DNA of 64,000 nucleotides from Legionellaceae bacterium (GTDB lineage Bacteria; Pseudomonadota; Gammaproteobacteria; Legionellales; Legionellaceae): NCBI GenBank assembly GCA_038923045.1, contig JBCKWE010000003.1, positions 5,416 to 69,415 of the forward strand, read 5' to 3'. Shown piece by piece: positions 54,538 to 64,000 of this stretch (position 1 is its first letter; each line of letters starts with the position of its first letter). The notes under the pieces were generated by a model. It saw only the letters and a program-made list of their open reading frames with translations, ran no database searches and was not told where the DNA came from. The position numbers and the translations under genes were made by a program.

Positions 54538-55297
54538 TGGTCATCTTTTCCAGTTCATCCGCGATTTGCAGCGCTTTCGCATTGAGTTGATAAATCCGTT
54601 GTGCCATGGTTAATTGCATCAATGAATTCACCATATCAACATTCGAGCCTTCAATTTGTCCTTGGAGAAGGGCGCCCATGCCACTGTTGCCTGGGTTATC
54701 TATCACGGGATCACCGGTTTTCTCAGACGCGTTATATAGACCTGAGCCTAATGGATCAAGGGATTCAGGATCCATGAATTTGGCCAGCTTTATCGTACCG
54801 AGCAATTGTGGCGAGGTGTCACCTTCGATCATGGCTTCCACGTCGCCATTTTTTTGAATTTTGATTTCGACAAAGTCTTCCGGTATCTGAATGTTATCCG
54901 CGAGCCGCAAGCCATTTTGTGTCGCCAGATAACGGTCGCTGTCAATGGTTAAACTGGAATTGCGGGTGTAGGCTATGTTGCCATCCGTGTTAACCACCTG
55001 AAGAAAACCACTGCCATCAATCGCGATATCATTCCAGTTGTTGGTGGGTTTCAAGGGGCCATTACTAAAGTCTTTTGTCGTGCTATAAACGGAGGTGCCC
55101 AAACCAATTTTGGCACTGCTTTTATTTTGAAACAGCGGTGTCTTGCCATCAATGTTGCGATACAGTGCATCTTCAAACGTGATTTTCGTGGCTTTATAAT
55201 TAGGGGTGTTCATGTTTGCCAAATCATTGGCTATTTTTTCGATGTAATATTCTTCCGATTTTAACCCGCTTGAAGCGATAGCCATTGCATCAGACAT
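54521..55297 (-). CDS. flgG: Distal rod protein FlgG
   Basis: Start moved to ATG 55297 (ATGTCTGA overlap with the flgF stop). IASSGLKSEEYYIEKIANDLANMNTPNYK and LLQGQIEGSNVDMVNSLMQLTMAQRIYQLNAKALQ. Confidence 0.85.
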   Translation of the reverse strand: MSDAMAIASSGLKSEEYYIEKIANDLANMNTPNYKATKITFEDALYRNIDGKTPLFQNKSSAKIGLGTSVYSTTKDFSNGPLKPTNNWNDIAIDGSGFLQVVNTDGNIAYTRNSSLTIDSDRYLATQNGLRLADNIQIPEDFVEIKIQKNGDVEAMIEGDTSPQLLGTIKLAKFMDPESLDPLGSGLYNASEKTGDPVIDNPGNSGMGALLQGQIEGSNVDMVNSLMQLTMAQRIYQLNAKALQIADELEKMTNELRD

Positions 55298-56006
55298 TTC
55301 CCTCTCCCAGTTGACTAATCGCTGTTGATAGCAGGCCATCCGCCATGCGCATAACACGCTGCGTGGCTTCAAAATGACGTGATGTTTTGACCATTTCCAT
55401 CATTTCATCAATGGATTTGACGTTTGATTGTTCCAGATAACCCTGGCGTACATGTGTGGCACTTCCGGTCGATTCGGGCGATTCCTGACTTTCATACAAC
55501 CCTTGCCCAAGATAGTTCAATGCGTCCGGTTGTGAGAATTGAACAATGCTTATCTGCTCAACTTGTTGGTTATCAATGAAAACATTGCCGCCTGCATCAA
55601 TTTTAAAGGCACGGTCATCAACCCGCAGCACGCCCCCTTTACCTAATAATCGAGCGCCTGTTGCCGTTGCCAGTTCACCATGCTCATTCACATGAAAATC
55701 ACCGCGCCGTGTATAAAAAATACCGTCATCGGTTTGAACTTCAAAGTACCCGCTACCGGCCAGTGCTAGTTCATTGGGGCTACCCGATTGCGAAAATGTG
55801 CCTTGCGCGGTTTGTGTGGCGAGCTGCATGCCTTGACTGACGGATGCCATTTGCGCCTGCATTTGTTCATCAAATCCAGCACTTTCAATGAGCTGACGTT
55901 TATAGCCTGGTGTTTGCATGTTGCTGACGTTTTGGCTGATGGATTGTAATCGCAATTGATCTTGTAGCATCGCGACCTGTGTAGCTGTTATTGCATCGAG
56001 CATCAT
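55290..56006 (-). CDS. flgF: Rod protein FlgF
   Basis: Start moved to ATG 56006 (AAGGAAG RBS). LRLQSISQNVSNMQTPGYKR and YLEQSNVKSIDEMMEMVKTSRHFEATQRVM. Confidence 0.8.
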   Translation of the reverse strand: MMLDAITATQVAMLQDQLRLQSISQNVSNMQTPGYKRQLIESAGFDEQMQAQMASVSQGMQLATQTAQGTFSQSGSPNELALAGSGYFEVQTDDGIFYTRRGDFHVNEHGELATATGARLLGKGGVLRVDDRAFKIDAGGNVFIDNQQVEQISIVQFSQPDALNYLGQGLYESQESPESTGSATHVRQGYLEQSNVKSIDEMMEMVKTSRHFEATQRVMRMADGLLSTAISQLGEGNV

Positions 56007-56151
56007 GACTTCCTTAATACAACACGCGATTATATTTTCCATAGAACCGATTTTTTGCATATTGTGTCGTGTATTAAATCAAAACAAAGGGAGTTTTGCA
56101 AGTATTATTTCTGTTTTTGTAGGGTTGGCATCAAGGCGTGAGCTGCTATGC

Positions 56152-57897
56152 TCAGAGTTTAAAGGGGGGTGTTTTTTTTTCCTCTACCGACGTAGGACCT
56201 TGTGTGCTTGGTTTTAAGTCATCAATTGTTTGTCTAAGGCTATTGATTGCATCAAGCGCTGCTTGTTTTGTAGTAGCACTATCTTGCGCCACCTCGACTT
56301 GTTTTGTTACAGGCAGATTAGATGATTCATACAGCGTCTTTTTTATTTGTGAGCTTATACTACGTATAGTAGTTTTAAATATACTAGCTAGTATGCCAGC
56401 AATCGTTTCAATTGTTGTTGATGTTTCCATTGTATATTTGCTTTTAAGATCGGCTAATTCCGCTTGCATCGCCAGTGCTTTGTCAATCATGGTTGCTGTT
56501 TTTGACTTAGAAAATAAACGGGGTAAATAGTCTACTAAAAAATTTGAAATGGCCACAAATATACCGTTATATTTCTTCACAATCATACGCAGAGTAGCAC
56601 TGACGCCCTCAAAGGTAGTCAGAAAGTCCATTTTATCTTTTACTAATTTAAACAATTTGCTGCTTTCTACCAGAGCAATTTGCACGGCTACATTTGCATC
56701 TAGTATAGCTTGCAGATTATCAACGGGCTCAATAATAAGTAGGCCTTGCAACACTGTATTTTCACCTGATATTTTTTCTGCGGCAGCTTTTATTTTTGTT
56801 TCTACTTGAAGTAATTCAGCACTTACAGGCTCTACGGGCGCCAGTTGAGTTTTTATATTACGATCAGGAGCGGCTGAAGCTGGGGTTGTTATTGAAATCT
56901 GTTTACTTCCAGACGCTTTAGCATGTGTATGTTTGGCGATCGCTTTATCAAAAAATGAAATAACCCTTGATCCCCTGTTTAACAGTTTTGCTTTCCCTTT
57001 TTCCTCGGTGGGCAGGTGTTTTTCATCATTCGCATCAACTGGAGGAAGCGCGGGTGTTACTCTTTCAATTTCAGGGACGAGAGATATTTTTTTATTTTTT
57101 TCCTCAATTAAACGGGTAATGCCTCCCCTTATTTCACTTATACTCGCGTTTAAATCGAGAATAACCTTACCTATGTCATCGACATTACCATTGAATAGTG
57201 CCAAATGCCTATCATTCAAATACTCTAGTATTGTTTTCGGTGCCGCTGTTACAATTGACTCCTCAGCTGCAATCAAATCCGGTAGGTTGGTTTCTACCGT
57301 TGCTAATATTCCCTTAATATCTTTCTCTATGTTATTAATATCAAGGGGTAGCACCAGCCTCGCAAAGACCGGCCTCGCAAAGCGGCCTAATGTACCAAGT
57401 GCGGCATTTATAATAGTAAACGTAGCGTAAATAGAATGATATAGGGCTTTAGCCCGCTTTTTATCAGCATATTCATCGGGCTTTATCATTAAAAACGCAT
57501 CGGCATTTTTAAGTAGCAACGTTATATTATCTGTCGTTTGTGTAGTAGGATGTTGATATATATCGCCTAGAACACTACTTAAACTGCGTAATATCATACG
57601 TTCTTCAATATCCTGAAGAGGGGATTTAGCTAGCAACTCATCGAGCGCTTCATCTACCTCAAGTTTGCAGTATACTAAAGCCCCTATAGGGTATCTACCG
57701 TATGCCTCCAGTCCCCCCTTGTATTTCGGGGATTGAGGATCACCAAGCACTTGCTTAATCTTGTCCAAGGTACGACCTGTAGTAATAATTTCCTTTATAT
57801 AATTATCAAAGAGAATTGCCGCATCAATATTATCTTTTTCCTTCTTAGCAGCTACCTTTCTCCATGCAGTAAATCGTTCGGTTTTAGTTTGCATCAT
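56152..57897 (-). CDS. Large helical protein of unknown function (581 aa), paralogue of 57977-60352
   Basis: The N-terminal ~170 aa and C-terminal ~120 aa align with the 791-aa neighbour (RF..WR..., IDAA.LFD.YI, Y.LGA.VY.KL.VDEAL, DKKRAK.LY.S.YAT.TI.N, SATL..IVK...GI.V.ISNFL..Y...LF). No signal peptide or axial-protein motifs. Confidence 0.75.
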   Translation of the reverse strand: MMQTKTERFTAWRKVAAKKEKDNIDAAILFDNYIKEIITTGRTLDKIKQVLGDPQSPKYKGGLEAYGRYPIGALVYCKLEVDEALDELLAKSPLQDIEERMILRSLSSVLGDIYQHPTTQTTDNITLLLKNADAFLMIKPDEYADKKRAKALYHSIYATFTIINAALGTLGRFARPVFARLVLPLDINNIEKDIKGILATVETNLPDLIAAEESIVTAAPKTILEYLNDRHLALFNGNVDDIGKVILDLNASISEIRGGITRLIEEKNKKISLVPEIERVTPALPPVDANDEKHLPTEEKGKAKLLNRGSRVISFFDKAIAKHTHAKASGSKQISITTPASAAPDRNIKTQLAPVEPVSAELLQVETKIKAAAEKISGENTVLQGLLIIEPVDNLQAILDANVAVQIALVESSKLFKLVKDKMDFLTTFEGVSATLRMIVKKYNGIFVAISNFLVDYLPRLFSKSKTATMIDKALAMQAELADLKSKYTMETSTTIETIAGILASIFKTTIRSISSQIKKTLYESSNLPVTKQVEVAQDSATTKQAALDAINSLRQTIDDLKPSTQGPTSVEEKKTPPFKL

Positions 57898-57900
57898 TAT

Positions 57901-57933
57901 CCCCTATCGTCTAATTGGGAGCGTATATAATAT
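57901..57933 (-). promoter_or_regulatory. Conserved 5' leader shared by the two paralogous genes (copy 1)
   Basis: Sense strand ATTATATACGCTCCCAATTAGACGATAGGGG, against copy 2 ATTATATACGCTTCTAATTAGATGACAGGGG. Confidence 0.4.
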
Positions 57934-57976
57934 AAATCAATCCACTCTGACACCATTGGTTATTTTCTCATCAGGA

Positions 57977-60352
<2,376 letters not shown>

Positions 60353-60357
60353 TATTT

Positions 60358-60390
60358 TCCCCTGTCATCTAATTAGAAGCGTATATAATT
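60358..60390 (-). promoter_or_regulatory. Conserved 5' leader shared by the two paralogous genes (copy 2)
   Basis: See 57901-57933. About 27/31 positions are identical and it ends in an AGGGGA RBS-like motif. Confidence 0.4.
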
Positions 60391-60541
60391 TAAGAATTTA
60401 TTTCTATTATTGTATTATACGCTTGATTATTGAACAAAACAATGTTTTTTCTGGTATGCTAGAAGAAGGCTCTATTGAGATGAACTAACGGGGGGAGGCA
60501 ATGGCTATTGCCTGTTTCCTGCTCTACCCTTAAATTTGCGT

Positions 60542-61798
60542 TCAATCACCAATCAACCCATTATTGGAACCGTGTTTAAGGGCTTCATCCAAACCGGCTG
60601 CGGCCGTGAGTTCAGCAACGTTTTTCTTCGTAAAAAACCCATCAAACTTTTTGCACCGTTCAACATACTCTGTAATTAACAGCGAGAATGTTGAATGTTT
60701 TGAAAAAATTTGCTTGAGATCAGGAATATCAGTACACTCGCCAAATACGTTTGATAAAAAAGGAATGTTTTTTTGATGCAGCATTTGCACAACATAATCA
60801 ATATTTTTCACACCAGACACGTGATCCCCATCTAAAACTTCATACGCCATATGATGCATTCTCCGACCATAATTTTTGACAAACGTTTCTGTAGGCATGG
60901 GTAATTTTTCAAATGAGTTCACCATGTATGGCGTATTGTTCGCAGTAAACACTTTTGCGGGAGAAAGAATATCATTGCCTTGCAATGAACGCGTAACATT
61001 TGTTGATGAATTCATGTCATGAATATTATAGGCGCCCCAAAAATAATAGTTGGATAAGCACAAAAATTCTAAAATAGCGTCCTCACGTTCAGTGGATAAA
61101 ATTCTCGTGGCACAATGATCAATGCCCTTAATTAAATGATAAATACCTGTGTCATGCGTCATTGTCTCAATGGTTTTCAATAGCTTATGTTCTTCAGGCG
61201 TAAAATCAAAATGCTGCCCCCACTCAAACGATATAAAATCATGTAAATTAAATTGACTATACCCAACACAATTACTGGTCAAATCTGATGGACGCATTAA
61301 TTTAAAGTTTGGCTGAGTATACAAATCATTTAAGGATTCATCTTTATCAAAAAACATAAAGTCTTGATTTTCAAGAATATCAACAGTTTCCTTCAAATCG
61401 TTTGTTTGAAAAATTTCACCAATATATCGAGCATTAGGCTTTGGTCTCGAATTCGGGTAGATTAAACTCATCCGAGTAAAATCATCCTCATAAAATTCAC
61501 TTAACGGCTCCATGACAATTAAAACAGGTGAAGAATGATGCGCATTTTTCATAATAACGATTTTATGTGTATGGTTTAAAAAACCTTGATGAATTCGGTA
61601 TGGTGTCATGAAATAAAGTTCTTGCAGATAGGGAAATAAATCATGGGTATTCACTTGAATCATGATGGCTGTCATATTACCCAATAATTGATCGAGGCCG
61701 CTATGCTTGCGCCTTTCGTAAATTTTACCTAAATACTCGTTAAAATAGTCCGAATTTTGTTTATCCCCGCGGGGCTCATATGAATTTAAATCAACCAT
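60542..61798 (-). CDS. VOC-superfamily, 4-hydroxyphenylpyruvate-dioxygenase-like protein (divergent)
   Basis: GIDHCATRI.., RRMHHMAYEV..., ...LKQIFSKHSTFSLLITEYVERCKKFDGFFTKKNVAELTAAAG parallels the HPPD C-terminal pattern (H..H..E ligand order, LxQIFT, EIIQR..GFG.GN). Assigned by eye only. Confidence 0.4.
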   Translation of the reverse strand: MVDLNSYEPRGDKQNSDYFNEYLGKIYERRKHSGLDQLLGNMTAIMIQVNTHDLFPYLQELYFMTPYRIHQGFLNHTHKIVIMKNAHHSSPVLIVMEPLSEFYEDDFTRMSLIYPNSRPKPNARYIGEIFQTNDLKETVDILENQDFMFFDKDESLNDLYTQPNFKLMRPSDLTSNCVGYSQFNLHDFISFEWGQHFDFTPEEHKLLKTIETMTHDTGIYHLIKGIDHCATRILSTEREDAILEFLCLSNYYFWGAYNIHDMNSSTNVTRSLQGNDILSPAKVFTANNTPYMVNSFEKLPMPTETFVKNYGRRMHHMAYEVLDGDHVSGVKNIDYVVQMLHQKNIPFLSNVFGECTDIPDLKQIFSKHSTFSLLITEYVERCKKFDGFFTKKNVAELTAAAGLDEALKHGSNNGLIGD

Positions 61799-61967
61799 GA
61801 CTTTTCCTCACTTAAAGTTATTTTCGTCGGCTTTAAGCCAGTACCGAGGGTGTCAGCGGAAATATGACAATTTACGCATGTTTTCTAAACCTAGATATTC
61901 ACATAATCCTTGCACATGAAACTCTATTTGTCCAATGTATTTTTTCAAAATTAACGCAGCTGCCCTG

Positions 61968-63971
61968 TTACGTCACCACACTAAAGGATTCAATTTGAAT
62001 ATTGACTGGGATTTCATTCATCCCCAACACCGTCAGGTGTGGAATAACACGCAGGGTCAAATGTTTAATATGGCGGCGTAGTAACGGCGAACACAATAAA
62101 ACCGGTCTTCTCCGTTCACTCAGCATTTTTTCAACTTGATGTGCTAACGACGTAATGAAGCTCTCAGTCAAGCTAGGCGCACACGCAAACTGATTATTGG
62201 TAATACTCGCGCCCAGTTTTTGTTCAAGTGGGGGTGCCAGCGTTAGCACGGACAAGCTATTCTGGTTCAACATTAATTTTTGACATATGGGGGTCGCCAA
62301 GCGCGCACGTACCAGCTCCGTTAATTGCGTGGGATCCGTGAGGGTTTTACTGTGATCCAGCAACGTTTCAAGGATCGTGGATAAAAATCGAATCGATACT
62401 TTTTCTTGCAATAAATTTTGCAGGATACGTTGCACATGTCCAAATGGTAGCAGTGCAGGGATGAGTTCATCCCGCAGTGTACTGATGACGGGTTGTTCCA
62501 AGAGTGTTTCAGTTTGAGTGCGTGTTAACAGTTCTGCCAAGTTGTTTTGTACGATGTCACTTACATGATCGATTAGTACCGCCATGGGTTCTTGAACGGT
62601 GTAGTTGGTTGAAAGCGCCTGACTCGCGGGTATCCATGTGGCGGGCAGACCATAGTTTGGATCTTGAACGTCTATTCCAGTCAACAGTGTTTTGTCAGCT
62701 GGTTTGTGTGCAATCGCCAGTAATTTATCCAAATGCAATTGGTTCGTGCCTTGGTGATTGCCCTGGATATACACGGCATAAAACGGGTAATTGAGTTTTT
62801 TATCCGTGCGCAACTTGACCTCTGGCATCACAAAACCCAGATCAAACGCCAGACGCTCACGCCGTTGCTGGATCTGATTTAAAAAGGGTGTTTCATGTTG
62901 TGTCAGTTCATCAAACAAGGCGGCATTCAGATGAATTTCTATGGGATGGATGCGTATTTTTTCATACAGCGTTTCATCGTTGGATTCATTCAGCGCGGTA
63001 GTTTCTTGTTGTTTGGCGCGAAAGGCATAGATAGCCGCGATGACAAATAGCATTAGAATAATGAATACGGGCACCATGGGAATGCCTTTTAAAAACAGTA
63101 ACCCCAACAGACTAAAGCACACCATCATCAAGCTTTTAGGATAGGCGGCCACTTGGCGCGCGACTTCACTTCCAAGATGCGCATCGGTTGCGGCCCGCGT
63201 TACAATAATGCCTGTCGCCATCGAAATGGTCAGTGCCGGGATTTGAGTGACCAGTCCATCACCAACCGTGAGCAGTGAATAGGTATGAATGGATGCACTT
63301 AAACTCATGCCTTTCTGCGCCATTCCAATGGCAAAACCACCAATGATATCAACCAGAATAATCAAGACACCCGCAATCGCATCGCCTTTAACAAATTTGC
63401 TGGCACCATCCATTGCGCCATAAAAGTTGGCTTCTTTTTCGATTTGTGCACGCCGAAATTTCGCCTCAGACTGTGAAATAATACCCATATTCAAATCAGC
63501 ATCAATGCTCATCTGCTTACCGGGCATGCTATCCAATGTGAAGCGTGCAGCGACTTCCGCAACACGCTGTGCGCCGTTGGTGACCACAACGTATTGCACA
63601 ATAATCAGAATTAAAAAGACCACCAGCCCCATGACATAATTATCATGGATGACGTATTGCCCAATTGCCCCAATCACACGCCCCGCATCGCCATCGGATA
63701 AAATCAGCCGGGTAGCGGATACGTTTAACGCGAGACGAAACAAGGTGGAAATTAACAAAAGGGCGGGGAATGTGGAGAAACTTAAGGGTTTATCGGTATA
63801 AAAAGTCAATAACAGGATGGTTAATGCCCAACTGAAATTGGTAATCAACAGCAAGTCCAGAAAGCCTGATGGAATTGGAATGAATAAAATAAGCAGAATA
63901 CCCGTGGCAAAGGCAATCATGGCTAATTCACTGCTGTTTTTGAAATACTTCATAGCGAAGTTGTTGGGCAT
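61968..63971 (-). CDS. flhA: Flagellar/T3SS export gate protein FlhA (SctV family)
   Basis: FHIPEP-type motifs ARFTLDSMPGKQMSIDADL and ASKFVKGDAIAG, 8 N-terminal TM helices and a large cytoplasmic domain. 667 aa. Confidence 0.9.
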   Translation of the reverse strand: MPNNFAMKYFKNSSELAMIAFATGILLILFIPIPSGFLDLLLITNFSWALTILLLTFYTDKPLSFSTFPALLLISTLFRLALNVSATRLILSDGDAGRVIGAIGQYVIHDNYVMGLVVFLILIIVQYVVVTNGAQRVAEVAARFTLDSMPGKQMSIDADLNMGIISQSEAKFRRAQIEKEANFYGAMDGASKFVKGDAIAGVLIILVDIIGGFAIGMAQKGMSLSASIHTYSLLTVGDGLVTQIPALTISMATGIIVTRAATDAHLGSEVARQVAAYPKSLMMVCFSLLGLLFLKGIPMVPVFIILMLFVIAAIYAFRAKQQETTALNESNDETLYEKIRIHPIEIHLNAALFDELTQHETPFLNQIQQRRERLAFDLGFVMPEVKLRTDKKLNYPFYAVYIQGNHQGTNQLHLDKLLAIAHKPADKTLLTGIDVQDPNYGLPATWIPASQALSTNYTVQEPMAVLIDHVSDIVQNNLAELLTRTQTETLLEQPVISTLRDELIPALLPFGHVQRILQNLLQEKVSIRFLSTILETLLDHSKTLTDPTQLTELVRARLATPICQKLMLNQNSLSVLTLAPPLEQKLGASITNNQFACAPSLTESFITSLAHQVEKMLSERRRPVLLCSPLLRRHIKHLTLRVIPHLTVLGMNEIPVNIQIESFSVVT

Positions 63972-64000
63972 TGTTTATTTTCCATGTCGTCATTTTATTG

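Noticed and set aside
56007-56151. Sigma28 (TAAA-N15-GCCGATAA) or sigma54 (TGGCAC-N5-TTGC) promoters upstream of flgF, the two paralogous genes, the HPPD-like gene and flhA.
   Set aside because: I found no convincing match by eye on the minus strand in 56007-56151, 57898-57976, 60353-60541 or 61799-61967. TGGCAC-like strings occur only inside coding regions or on the wrong strand. A matrix scan is needed before any claim.

Overview
This 64-kb chromosomal window looks like it comes from a Legionellales-type intracellular gammaproteobacterium. That is an inference from gene content only (Rpn/PD-(D/E)XK transposase with GIEQ repeats, ankyrin/Sel1/TPR proteins, a CaaX-ended protein, dense type II TA modules). 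No search was possible. The window has three parts. (1) 1-16.4 kb is an accessory mosaic whose cassettes are bracketed by copies of a palindromic REP/MITE-like repeat. It holds a 1254-aa modular effector-like ORF abutting a 5'-truncated higB plus intact higA, and a vapBC-like pair. It also holds a tandem pair of large NHE/HBL (ClyA-superfamily) pore-forming-toxin-like genes, with three toxin modules in two ORFs, duplicated promoters and a C-terminal CaaX box, followed by a secreted papain-like protease. ssb and an MFS transporter come next. (2) 16.6-42.7 kb is mostly housekeeping. It starts with a fabL-like gene and yaiI, then a translationally coupled ACP-dehydratase-KS-KS(CLF-like)-LpxL-family acyltransferase operon resembling the acpXL-lpxXL very-long-chain lipid A cassette. 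An S1/P1 nuclease gene is cleanly split by a 3.3-kb IS21-family element with a 5-bp target duplication. The rest is yefM-yoeB, a trans-sulfuration enzyme, mutY, a pilin, era-recO, an ankyrin protein plus Rpn transposase next to tRNA-Ser(UGA), bamD, rdgC, an SDR and cytochrome c5. (3) 42.8-64 kb is a very compact minus-strand flagellar-type T3SS cluster of 19 overlapping genes (flgF-G-A-H-I-B-C, fliE-F-G'-H-I-J-K', flgD-E, fliM'-N-P) with strikingly small switch and ring proteins. flhA lies upstream of it, separated by an HPPD-like gene and two large paralogous proteins of unknown function that share a conserved 5' leader. The best candidates for a novel system are the fused, tandem alpha-pore-forming-toxin-like locus and the miniaturised flagellar export apparatus with its associated paralogous proteins. 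The two may be functionally linked.
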